Shown: positions 1 through 10,214 of the stretch, one piece after another
How positions within the stretch are numbered: the stretch's first letter is position 1
How the letters are laid out: every line of letters begins with the position of its first letter
Assembly: GCA_043290085.1 (NCBI GenBank)
Contig: CM091795.1
Coordinates: forward strand, 422,025,137-422,089,136
DNA length: 64,000 nt
From: Rhynchocyon petersi
Taxonomy: Eukaryota
Reading direction: 5' to 3'
Translations under genes and position numbers: made by a program
Notes under the pieces: generated by a model
Seen by the model: only the letters and a program-made list of their open reading frames with translations
Told to the model about the DNA's origin: nothing
Databases searched by the model: none

Positions 1-571
1 AGAAAGAGTGGCTTCCACTCCCATGTGAGATACTGCCTCTGGCAACCCTTGGGAGGGTCACGATGAGTCATTCACGACGTGACAGTACCCCCCCACTGAT
101 ATAACCATAAGTAAAGACAACTTTCAATTTCGTTTTAGTTGTCTATTTATACATGGAACATAGTCCTACTCTGTCCATATGTAGTTGCCATGAGTTAAAA
201 CTGACTTGATAGCAACTGTTTTTTTTCTCTTCCACTTTTCTATTGATCCTTAACATTAAACTTCTAGAAATAAGACCTAAGATTTCACTGCAAAGGCATG
301 CAGATTGAATCCGCCAGCTGCTCCATGGGAGAACGAGTAGCGTCAACTCCCATGTGTGATATACTGCCTCCGGAAACTCTCGGGAGGGTCAGCTATGAGT
401 AGGTTACGACTTGACAGTATCCATCATCATCCATCAAGTAAGAAACAGCAATGACTCAAGAATACTCTGGCTAAAATATTCCAGTCTAGGAACAGAGCTA
501 AGCCATCCGGCTAGACTTTATATTGGTTAAGAGGAAAAAGCTTTCCCCACGAAGACATAGTCCGAGTTTAC

Positions 572-674
572 CTGAGCATTGGTAGTATAGTCCAACTGTA
601 GCATATCATATTTTCCAGGTACCTTCTCAAACTTTCCACGATCCTCCCAGTTATTTTTCGTTTTGTCAAGGAAC
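572..674 (-). CDS. PARP2: PARP2 coding exon 7 as numbered here (phase 1). Encodes (K)FLDKTKNNWEDRGKFEKVPGKYDMLQLDYTTNAQ.
   Basis: The reverse-complement translation matches human PARP2 FLDKTKNNWEDREKFEKVPGKYDMLQMDYATNTQ. Acceptor is ctatag|G. Donor gtaaac is the reverse complement of 566-571. Confidence 0.85.
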
Positions 675-1089
675 CTATAGGGTCCAAGATGGTTAGAAAA
701 ACCTTATAAATAAAAGATGACCACTGGGTTAAACTTTGGAAACCCTCAGGAGGGTCAGCTATGAGTCAGTCACGATTCCACGGTACCCTTTCATCCTCAT
801 CCTCATCCTCATCACTGGGTTAAATTTACAACTATTGTCTTAGGGGTCTTAGGGAGTACTGGTGGCCTAGAGGTAAGGAGTTGCACTGCAATCTAAAAGG
901 CTTGCAGTTTAAATCCACGAGCTACTCCCTGGGAGAAGAAAAGTGGTATCAACTCCTTCGTGATTTAATACCTCTAAAAGTTTGCTGTGAGTCAGTTCTG
1001 ACTCATGGTACCTAACAACAGCATTGCCTTAGAAAGGACCCCTCCAAAATTTTTATTTCCTATAGCAGAGTTCCTTTACATATCAGCTT

Positions 1090-1108
1090 TAAAAAAAAAA
1101 AAAAAAAA
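1090..1108. repeat. Poly(A) tract (A19).
   Basis: The sequence gctttaaaaaaaaaaaaaaaaaaagactg is directly visible. Confidence 0.9.
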
Positions 1109-1563
1109 GACTGCTCTGGAGAGAAAAAAAGGGAACCAAGAAAATGAGGAAAAAGGATAGTAGGCACAAAACCACCACAGCAATCATTAAGATTGAAGAC
1201 AAAAGATTCTTACCCAATTCCTTTCTCTGAAAGAAGCCAGGCTACCAGACTCCACAAAGTTACTCATACATTTCATAGTAACAGAATTCTCTTAAATTCT
1301 AGCTGGATAGTCTTTGCCTACTTTTCCAAATAATTATCTACACTTTCCCCAAACATCCTCAATTTCTTTGTCATGTATTAATCACATTAATCTTCTGTTT
1401 TAAGTTGTCCATTTCAAGGTGCTATGGTTAAGCTAAGAATACAGTCCAATGTTCTTGTCAAAGAATGTGTGGAAAGATACCAAAGTTTATGTACCATAAA
1501 TTTTTTCATCTCAATGAGATACAACTAGAAGAGTGATTTTTGTACTCATTAGATAGTACTCAC

Positions 1564-1639
1564 TTCTTCTGAAAGATGTCCTTGGCCTTATTGAGATCAC
1601 CTGAACAAGCCACCAAACTGTGCTGCCCTGTTTTCCCAA
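1564..1639 (-). CDS. PARP2: PARP2 coding exon 6. Encodes (V)GKTGQHSLVACSGDLNKAKDIFQK(K).
   Basis: Reverse-complement translation matches human GKMGQHSLVACSGNLNKAKEIFQKK. Acceptor is tttgcag|TTGGG. Donor is GTGAGTAC. Phase is consistent with the flanking exons. Confidence 0.85.
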
Positions 1640-2043
1640 CTGCAAAGTAAATGACACACATAAGATTTTCATCTGTCCTTCAACCTATAAAATAACCAGG
1701 CAGTCCCTTAAACAAGTCCTTCTGCTTAGAATCTGACAAATGGGCAGGAAGGGGAGAAGGGAAGGTGAAAGGGTTTAGGGAACTGCTCACATTGACACAA
1801 GCCACCTAACTACTATCTTCTGAACAACACCAGCAGACCCGTTTCAGGAGAGCATCACAGGGAGTCCTTCAGTTTTTCAATGGGAATCTCCTAATGAGGA
1901 TGCCTGTCATTTTCCAACTTTAAGAACCCTGTCTTTCTAATAAGCCCCTTTCATACTTTAGAGCCTATATTTAAGCCATTTAGACCTAGGATCCTTTGAC
2001 TACTCACTAAGCTGCACAAAAAACCCATAATTAAAGGCATTAC

Positions 2044-2140
2044 CTCGGCCCCATCTCATCCAAACACTGAAGTTTCTCTGGGCATCATCTTCTAACAGCT
2101 GAATCAGATAGTACTTGTTGTTGTTAAACTGGAGATTGGT
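2044..2140 (-). CDS. PARP2: PARP2 coding exon 5. Encodes TNLQFNNNKYYLIQLLEDDAQRNFSVWMRWGR(V).
   Basis: Near-identical to human TNLQFNNNKYYLIQLLEDDAQRNFSVWMRWGRV. Acceptor is tcatag|ACC. Donor is GTAATG. The exon ends in phase 1 and joins exon 6 to give V. Confidence 0.9.
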
Positions 2141-3284
2141 CTATGATAAGAGAAATAAATACACACAGGAGATGGGTGTGCAAATAGAAGCCACACATAT
2201 GAATGACTCGATGGTCACACCTGCTAGTAATTTCCATAAGAAAAACAATGGCCTATGCCAACTCTCATTGCTGTTGAGTCGAACCAACTCATAGCTGGAA
2301 TTTCCAAGGCTCTAAATTGCACAGGGCACCTGGTATGGCCTAGTAGTGAAAGAGCTGCACTGCAAGCCCAAAGGCACGTAGTTCAAACCTGCCCGCTGCT
2401 CCACAGGAGAAAGAGTGGTTTCTACTTCCGTGTGAGATACCACCTCCGGAAACCCTCGGGAGGGTCACTATGAGTCATTCACGACTCGACAGTACACCAC
2501 CACCACCACCACCAAATTGCACAGGAGGTAACTGCCTATGTCTCTCCTAGGGTGGCTGGGGGTTTGAACTGGCTGAAAGGTATGGCCTTTGGGTTAGCAG
2601 TATAACTCCCTATGTGCTACACCACAGAACTCTGTAAGAATGAGGACAGATGGAGAAAATTGAAACCATCAAGCTCAAACCCATCATCAATGTACTGTTT
2701 CTGACTCAGAGCAACATTATTTGGCTGAGTAGAACTGCCCCACAGGGTTTCCAAGGGCAGAATCATTTCCTGTTCTGACTTTCATATTTTTCTCCCAAGG
2801 AGCAGCTTGTGGGCTTGAACATCAATCTTTTGGTTAGCAACTGAGCACTTAATCACTGTACCACTGTGCGCCTTGAGTATTCTTTGTTAGGTATGATCAA
2901 GTTGGGACCAACTCACAGCTGACCCTCCAGTAGGTTTTCAGAGGCAGTATATCCCACCAGAGTTGATGCTCTGGAGAGAAAAAAAGGGAACCAAGAAAAT
3001 GAGGAAAAAGGATAGTAGGCACAAAAACACCACAACAATCATTAAGATTTAAGAAACAAGATTCTTACCCAATTCCTTTCTTTGAAAGAAGCTGTGCTAC
3101 CAGAGACTCCACAAAGTTATTCATACATTTCATAGTAACAGAATTCTCTTAAATTCTAGCTGGATAGTCTTTGTCTACTTTTCCAAATAATTACCTACAC
3201 ACTCCCCGAGGAGCAGCTGGCTGATTCGAATTGCATGCCTTTGGGTTAGCATCATGGCTCCTTACCACTAGGCTACCAGAACTT

Positions 3285-4545
3285 GTTGTTGTTATGTCAA
3301 GGATGACTCACAGCGACCCTATGAACAGCAGACCTGAAATTCGCCCTATCCTGTGCCATCCTCACCATCTCCGATATGCTCATACCCAACACTGCAGTGA
3401 CTATGTCCGTCCAGTCCATCTGGTTGACAGCCTGCCTCTCCTTCTCCGACCCTCCACCTTTCCAAGCATGATGTCCCTCTCTAGGGACTGCCCTCTCCTA
3501 ACAACATGTCCAAAATATGTAAGGTGAAGCTTAACTACTCTTGCCTCCAAGGAGCACTCCGGCTGGACTCTCTCCAGGACGTACTTGTTTTCTTGGCTAT
3601 CCATGGGATATTGAGCACTCTTCTCCAACACCACAGCTCAAAGGCATCAATCCTCCTTCTGTCATCCTTTGTCATCATCCAACTCTCAGATGCATGGCTA
3701 GTGATTGAGAAGACTATGGTTTGGACCAGGTGCACCTTTGTCTTCAGACTGACATCACTGCTCTTTAGCACTTTGGTGAGGTACCTAATAGCAGCTTTTC
3801 CCAATGTGATTCATCTTCTGATCTCTTGGCTGCTGGTGCCAAAGGTGTTAACTGTGGATCCAACAAGACAAAGTCACTGACAACTTTAATCCTTTCTCCA
3901 TCAATCATGACATCCCCTAATAGCCCCGTGGTGAGGATCTTGGTTTTCCAAGATTGTTTAGCCACAATCCATATTGCAGACTACAGTCCTTGAGCTTCTG
4001 CAGCAGAGCTTTCAAGTCTTCTTTACTTTCAGCAAGCAAAGTTGTATCATCTGCATATCGCAAGTTGTTGATGCATCTTCCTCCAATCCTAATGCCATGC
4101 TCCTCTTCATAGAGTCCTGCTTCTCGAATAATCTGGTCTGTATAGAGATTGAATAGGTATGGGGATAGGATACAGCCCTGATGCACGCCTTTCTTGACCT
4201 TGAACCATGCAGTATTCCCATGTTCTGTTCGTACAACAGCCTCTTGATCTAGGTACAGGTTTCACATGAGCACAATCAAGTGTCCTGGGATTCCCATCTT
4301 CCTCAATGTCAGCAATAGTTTATTGTGATCCACACAATCAAATGCCTTCGCATAATCAATAAAACATAGGTAGACATCTTTTTTATATTCTTTACTTTGA
4401 GCCAGGATCCATCTGACATCTGCAATGATATCCCTGGTGCCTCAACCCCTTCTGAATCCAGCCTGATTTTCTGGCAGTTCTCTATGTACTGCTCCAGGCA
4501 TTTAAAAATATTCTTCAGTAGAATTTTGTTTGCATGTGATATCTA
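3285..4545 (-). mobile_element. RTE/BovB-class non-LTR retrotransposon, 3' part. It has a degenerate RT ORF.
   Basis: The reverse-complemented 3' terminus reads gttgttgttatgtcaaggatgactcacagcgaccctatgaacagcagacctgaaat. Minus-strand ORFs contain the RT motifs YADDTTLLAESKEDLKALLQKLKDCSLQYGL. Confidence 0.75.
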
Positions 4546-6282
4546 AAGTTTATATATTACAATTTTAATTCTTAGGAATTAAAATGGGAGTTAGGAAGCA
4601 TCCTAAAACCCTCTGCCCAACCTCAAATACCCTATGTTGACTCCTTCTGGTATTTTTCTTCTGCCTTAGTTCCCACCACAGATAGTCCCTAGGGCACCTA
4701 GATTTATCTAGCTCCCTGTTCAGTCCCAATGTTCATTTCTCAAATGAAAAAATTGATGCCCTGACTCTCTATAACAAATTTTTGCTTAGAATACTTACTC
4801 TTCAATAGTTCTAACTACAGCTTTGGCTTCTTGGCTATAGAAATTTGACAATGAGTTGAGAGCAGGCCAATGTTACAAGGGGGCAAAGGGTAGCCAGGAA
4901 CCACCAACATATCTATCTCACATCTAACTTGACCTAACTTGGAAACAATTAGAGTAACATGACTAGTATCTGAAAATAGATATTCTATAAGGTGATACAG
5001 TTAGATACTGCTAACCAAAAGGTTGGCAATTCATACCCATCTGATGTTCTGCAGGGAAAAGATGAGACAGTCTGTGTCCTTAAAATTTTATACCCTTAGA
5101 AACTCTCCCGAGCCGTTTCACTCTGTCCTGTATGGTTGCTTTAAGTCAGAATTGACTCAAATTGCTTTGTACTTTTTAAAGTAAACATAACTCACAGTAC
5201 AAAAAGGGTGAAGTCCAGGATGAGGAATAGCCCTCATCATTTACACATTCTACCTTGTTAATGTGCTGCCACTTCCTGCCTCTACCTTTTTCTTGCTTAC
5301 ATTATAATAGTCTAGAGTTTTAGAATGCAAAAAGTCTTATGATCTTTTCTACCTGTTGAGCGTATTTCAAGTGGAAGAAGCAGCCAAAGAAACACTAGAA
5401 AACTGTTAAACTGATATATATGTGGAAATCAAGAAAATGAAGTATGAAGAAATAGCCAGGAATTATCTTAACAAGGGCAAATGTATTATCTATTCAAAAC
5501 AATAAAATAAAGGAAAAAAAGTCAATTATAAAGAAATAAATGAACATATTTGACTAAATAAAAATTTGAAATTGTAAGATGGGCAAAAATCACAAATTTG
5601 GAAAACATTAACAATTTTTATAACAAAGGGCAATTCTCTATATAAGATAAAGCTTCATAAAACTAGTTAGAAAAGACTTAATCTACCAAAAATTGGGCAA
5701 AAGGACTGGACCAGAATTCCCACAGGTTCAAAGGCATAAAACTGATGAAAAAAATTTCTTTCTCATCGAAGACCTCTACAATCTGGTCAAGTGCTGAGTA
5801 CTGTGGAGCAGTAACACAAAACCAAACCCACTGTCATCCAGCCAACCCTGAGTCACAGTGCCCTCGAGGTCAGAACAGAGCTGTTCCATAGGGCCGTAAA
5901 TCTTTGCAGAAGCAAACTGCTACGCCATTCTCCATCGGAGCAACTGGTAGGGTTGACCTCTAACCTTTTGGTTAGTAGTCAAGTGTTTATCCACTGTATC
6001 ATCAGGGCTTCTTAGTAACCACTCAAAACAAAAACAACTCTCAAATTCATTGCTGTTGGGTTGGAACCATCTCTTGGCTGGCCTTCCATCCAGTTTCTGA
6101 GGTAAATAAATCACACAGGAGAAAACTGCACACTTTTCTTTCTTTGCCACCGCTGGTGGCAGACTAAGTCACCAGAGTTCCAAAATAAACACTAGTGGCT
6201 AATATGAAGAATTTCAGAGTGAAAGATCTGGACAGTGGGCATTGATAATGATAAAAAAGAATAGAAAGGCACCCATCCTTAC

Positions 6283-6333
6283 CTGATTTAGCATGACATC
6301 ATAGACATCATTACCTTCACAATATACATGGGC
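6283..6333 (-). CDS. PARP2: PARP2 coding exon 4. Encodes AHVYCEGNDVYDVMLNQ (51 nt, phase 0).
   Basis: Exact match to human AHVYCEGNDVYDVMLNQ. Acceptor is cttttttcctccatag. Donor is GTAAGG. Confidence 0.9.
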
Positions 6334-7065
6334 CTATGGAGGAGGAAAAAAGTGACATCAGTACAGTCTCAGCTCTGGGCATATTCCATGTGAGGCTCTG
6401 AATTTTCTTATGCTTCAAGGTGCCATTCTCCAGAAACACCAATATCTACGTAAGACATCCTCAAAAGAAGGGATGGCAGACACAAATTCTTGGACACACA
6501 GTTTATTATTAATCTTATGCCTTTCCTAAATACAGAAACACAAATGATTCTAACCCAGAAAAAGGAAGTCTGTTCCAGGGGCAGCCTTTCTTCACAGCCT
6601 TTCTTCTGTATTCTTCAAATCCTTCTCTCTTTCCTCTGGAACACATGCCATTTCAGGGCACATTCTTATTACAAGAGTATAATCCTCCCTTAAGAAAAAT
6701 GTAATTCTGATTGTGAAAGAGAATGAGGTGGAATCCTGATGTCAACCCAAAATGCAATGCACATTAAAAAAAAAAAAAAAAATTCTGATTGGTAATACTC
6801 CCATCTCCCAGGCCTTAGAGAAAAGAAATCACTAGTAATATTTTGTAAAGGAAAATTCCTAAAAGGACTAGCTAGGACCCAGGGGGTTGTTGTTGTTGTT
6901 ATGTACCATTGAGTCGAGTACAACTCAGAGAGACCCTATGAACATCATGCCTGACACATACGAGCCCTTCATTGCAGCCAAGGACCCAGATAGGAATCCC
7001 AGTAACAAAAGGACACTGTTCTCTAAGAAATCATGGACTGAGGATCAGCTCTTAGAATTTCTTAC

Positions 7066-7136
7066 CTTGCCCACCTTGACTGTGCACTCCGGGTCTACAG
7101 GAGCTTTGCCTTTTAACAGTAAGGTCTTCACAGATT
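7066..7136 (-). CDS. PARP2: PARP2 coding exon 3. Encodes (E)SVKTLLLKGKAPVDPECTVKVGK.
   Basis: Matches human ESVKALLLKGKAPVDPECTAKVGK. Acceptor is ttgtttcttcag|AATCTG. Donor is GTAAGA. The 39 nt upstream of the acceptor contain stop codons, so a long-isoform extension is not possible. Confidence 0.88.
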
Positions 7137-7618
7137 CTGAAGAAACAAAGATACGTATTACAGCTACTTATATACAAATCACATGTAACACTGGTTAGAA
7201 GAAAAAAACCTGAAACACCCTAATTGCCACTGAGTTGATTTCAATTTATAGTGACCCCATGTGTGTGAGCAGAACTGGTCTCCACAGGGTTTTCAATGCT
7301 GACTTTTTTCAGTAGCAGATCACTAGGTCTTCCTTCTGAGGAGTGTCTGGGTGGACTCCAACCACCCCATGAGCCATCTGCATCACTCACCATCTGTATT
7401 CCTGATTAGATGGAAACCTAATCACTATTAACTATGCCCTCCCTTTCCAAGCAATCCTTATCTTCTGCTAAGTAGCAGTCCACAGCAAAGAACTGAAAAT
7501 TAAATTGAACAAAGCAATGATATCCTCAAGGAAAAAAAATGCAGTTGAAAGAACAACAGTCTCTCCTTCCCCAGAGACACTTCTGTCCATGACTCCCCAG
7601 CCTACGTGTGAGGCTGAC

Positions 7619-7783
7619 CTTGCTTGTCTTCTGTTTTGTCATAATTATTAGCCTTTCCTCCAGCTGCAAGTTCTTTTTTCACCTCCTGCTTCTGGCATCT
7701 TCGAGTTTTCTTGGAGGGAGGGCAGTCTTTCGTAGCTGTGTCTCCATTAATAATTCTCTTAGTTGTACTAGAGTCAACAGAAG
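7619..7783 (-). CDS. PARP2: PARP2 coding exon 2. Encodes (A)SVDSSTTKRIINGDTATKDCPPSKKTRRCQKQEVKKELAAGGKANNYDKTEDKQ.
   Basis: Matches human ...NGNTAPEDSSPAKKTRRCQRQESKKMPVAGGKANKDRTEDKQ. Acceptor is ccttag|CTTCTG. Donor is caag|GTCAGC. The phase links to exon 1 and exon 3. Confidence 0.88.
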
Positions 7784-8550
7784 CTAAGGACAAGAATGGG
7801 CAAAGACACAAAGAAATGAGTACATGGAATATGATTCTACTTTTAAAAGTAACTCAGTAAGTTATCAAAGAAATAGTAATTTAAAAAAAACAAAAAAACG
7901 ATCACATCCTTGCTCTGGATATCACAGTCTGAGTCAACTCTTCCCTGAGAAATGAAATGAATTAAGGAGCACCAGGGTTCTTAGGAGTTGCATGATTAAA
8001 AAGCGGAAACAACTTTCTCCTTTGCAGGCAGGACCGAACCCACTGGTACACGGATACATATAGCTCAGGATTTATTTTTCACCATTGCCTGCTAATCTGT
8101 TCCGCATACTTGTGCCTGAATGACAGCCCGACTAGTTGAGGCAGAACGATGCAACAGGAAAACAGCCCTGGATTCCTGCCTGGCTTAGAGCCCGGGACTA
8201 CTCTGATCCCCTTGCTCTTCATTTGTCCCAGCTACAAAATCCCGAGAATGAAAACAATACCTCATTTTTCCAGTCAACCTATCAACAATGAACATAGTAT
8301 AGAGAGTGCTATAGATCGTCAATTCCGAGTCACATGTTAACGTCTCTCATTAGCATGCATCTTACAACAGTGAATCATACAGTTGGAAGCATCTCTTCTT
8401 TCTTCATGACACATAAAACGGTGATCTTAACAACGGTTTTTAAGCAGACGGCAGTGGGTGCTTAATGTCTGGCACACGAGTGTTGGCTGCTACAAGCCCC
8501 CTTCCCAGCGCCGCCCCTCCGGCACCGCGGCGCCGCACCGAGCTCCGCAC

Positions 8551-8590
8551 CTTTGCAGCGGCCGCTACTCGCCCTCCTCCGCGCCGCCAT
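8551..8590 (-). CDS. PARP2: PARP2 exon 1, coding part. The ATG is the reverse complement of 8588-8590. It encodes MAARRRASSGRCK. The 5'UTR extends an unknown distance towards ~8650.
   Basis: The reverse complement reads ATGGCGGCGCGGAGGAGGGCGAGTAGCGGCCGCTGCAAAG|GTGCGG. Human PARP2 starts MAARRRRSTGGGRA. It sits in a GC-rich CpG island divergent from RPPH1. Confidence 0.85.
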
Positions 8591-8830
8591 CGAGCCGGAC
8601 TACTGACGTCACAACTTGTGCTCTGAAATCGCGGGTCCAGAGAGAACCAGGGCGGGAACTGGAAGCGCGAGCGCGACTCCGCGAGAAGACGGCGAGGCGG
8701 GATCCGCAGGGACATCGATGGCGAGACAAATGTATTTGCATGTCGCTGTGTATTGTGGGAAGTCACTCTAACCATGAAATGTCTTCACATCTGGACTTTT
8801 TATAAGCGCTGACCGAGGGAGAGCTGGCTT
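8591..8830. promoter_or_regulatory. Divergent promoter shared by PARP2 (pol II, minus) and RPPH1 (pol III type 3, plus). Elements read: CRE TGACGTCA at 8604-8611, octamer ATTTGCAT at 8734-8741, PSE-like tcactctaaccatgaaatg at 8763-8781, and TATA ttTATAAg at 8799-8806 (about -30).
   Basis: Strong similarity to the human H1 promoter, which reads ATTTGCATGTCGCTATGTG...TCACCATAAACGTGAAATGTCTT...TTATAAG. The spacing from the RPPH1 +1 site fits a type-3 pol III promoter. Confidence 0.85.
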
Positions 8831-9170
8831 ATAGGGCGGTGGGAAGCTCATCGGTGGGGCCACAAGCTGAGTGCGCTCGTCACTCTACACTATGTCCCTT
8901 GGGAAGGTCTGAGACAAGGGCCAATGGCGGCCCTAACAGGGCCCTCCCTGAGCTTCGGGGAGGTGAGTTCCCAGAGAATGGGTCTTCGTGCGAAGGCAGA
9001 AATAGGCAGGAGAAGCCGCGGACTCCGCCCTCGGGAGGGGCCCGGCGGATGCCTCCTTCGCCGGAGCTTGGAACAGACTCACGGCCAGCGCAATGAGTTC
9101 AATGGCTGAGGTGAGGTACCCCGTCGGGGGGCTTCATAACCCAATTCAGACTACTCTCCCCCGTCCTCTT
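8831..9170 (+). ncRNA. RPPH1: RNase P RNA component H1 (RPPH1).
   Basis: Starts atagggcggtgggaagctcatcggtggggccacaagctgagtgcg. It is homologous to human H1 RNA end to end, including ggcccggcggatgcctcc, gagcttggaacagactcacggccagcg and ggtgaggtaccccg. It ends in a T-run at 9168-9172. Confidence 0.95.
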
Positions 9171-9172
9171 TT
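9168..9172 (+). terminator. Pol III T-run terminator of RPPH1.
   Basis: The sequence ctcTTTTc lies immediately after the region homologous to the H1 3' end. Confidence 0.6.
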
Positions 9173-10214
9173 CTTCTCCTTTCCCTCCATCTTTAAAAAC
9201 AGAGGAAGAATACAATGTAAAATTCTAGCGTATAGCGACGACTTCACGAAATGTCATTATACCTTCTTTTAATTGTAGAATTAATTTATTCATAACCATC
9301 TTCAACAAGATGGACTGACACAGGAGAGTGAAGCTGGCACGGGATAGGGGAACGTTTTGATCTGTTGTTGTTCATTGGGTCCGTCGAGTCTTAGTAGCCT
9401 TGGCACTTTACAACAACATGACCACCTTAAATGTTTCTGAATTATACTGTAGTCCTTGGAGTTTTAAGGCTGAGACCTTTCAAAACAGACTGCCAGGCCT
9501 CTCTTGGAAGTGCTATTGAGTGAGGTCAAACCACTAACCATTTAGCTAAGTAATTGAGGGTTCCACTGTGTCACCTGAACACTACATTTTAAAATTGTTG
9601 TTATGTGCCGTCGAGTTGAGGATGACTCATAGTGAACCTATGGATTTTAAATACTTAATATTTAAAAATGAAATAAAATCTAGCAGCATATTAAAATAAT
9701 TCACCCGAGACTTGGTCCCTTAGTCATCCTAAAATGAAAATGGAAATGCATATTGAAAGAGTCCACCCTAGGCTGTGGCATTTAGTCACCCTTCAAGCCT
9801 GTTAATGAAATCACCATCAAGGGGTTAACTTTCAGCCAAACACATCTCAGTTCCACATCTGTGTGGAACAATAGCACCTGGAAGGTATATAATCCTTGGA
9901 AAAATCAATGTTATGAGATCAAAAGGTCATGCAGGTGGGCTGGGGGAAGAAAGGGGAGGGCAGCATTTCTCCAGGAACAAAACACAGAAAGTAGGAAAGG
10001 ATAGGAAGAATGACCGGACTGAAATGGGAAACACAGGATAGCAATGGGATGAGTGCTGTTGCATTGTGAGTATTGTAGTCAGTCAAGAAACAAAATACAT
10101 ATTAATTGTTGAATGGAAAACTAAGTTGCTTTTTGAACCTTCACCCATATCACAATTTAAAAGTTTTTAAAAAGTCATGCAATAATAAACAATTAGATTT
10201 TCCCAAATATGGAA

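Noticed and set aside
1200-1330. Weak resemblance of the duplicated 250-bp unit to PARP2 exon 7 (F-V-E-S.. / IIWKSR versus FLDKTKNNWEDR).
   Set aside because: The genuine exon 7 was found at 572-674 with perfect splice signals. The resemblance in the duplicate is within chance, and both copies contain stops.
2300-2480. tRNA-like sequences with box A and box B (e.g. ggcctagtagtgaaagagctgcactgcaagcccaaaggcacgtagttcaaacctgcc). Many similar instances exist.
   Set aside because: These are heads of AfroSINE retroposons. They continue into the SINE body and RTE-type tail, are present in dozens of diverged copies, and lack an intact acceptor stem with a CCA-ready terminus. They are not tRNA genes. 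tRNAscan hits here should be treated as SINE-derived pseudo-tRNAs.
5920-6150. A 76-aa minus-strand ORF in PARP2 intron 4, first suspected to be the TNLQFNNN exon.
   Set aside because: It translates a tRNA-derived SINE head (ggttagaggtcaaccctaccagttgctccgatgg). The real exon is at 2044-2140.
8440-8805. ORFs of 111 aa on the minus strand and 115 aa on the plus strand spanning the PARP2/RPPH1 promoter.
   Set aside because: The sequence is GC-rich promoter or 5'UTR. The true PARP2 frame leaves this region after 13 codons at a GT donor (8549-8550). The long ORFs are Arg/Ala/Gly/Pro-rich artefacts of CpG-island composition.
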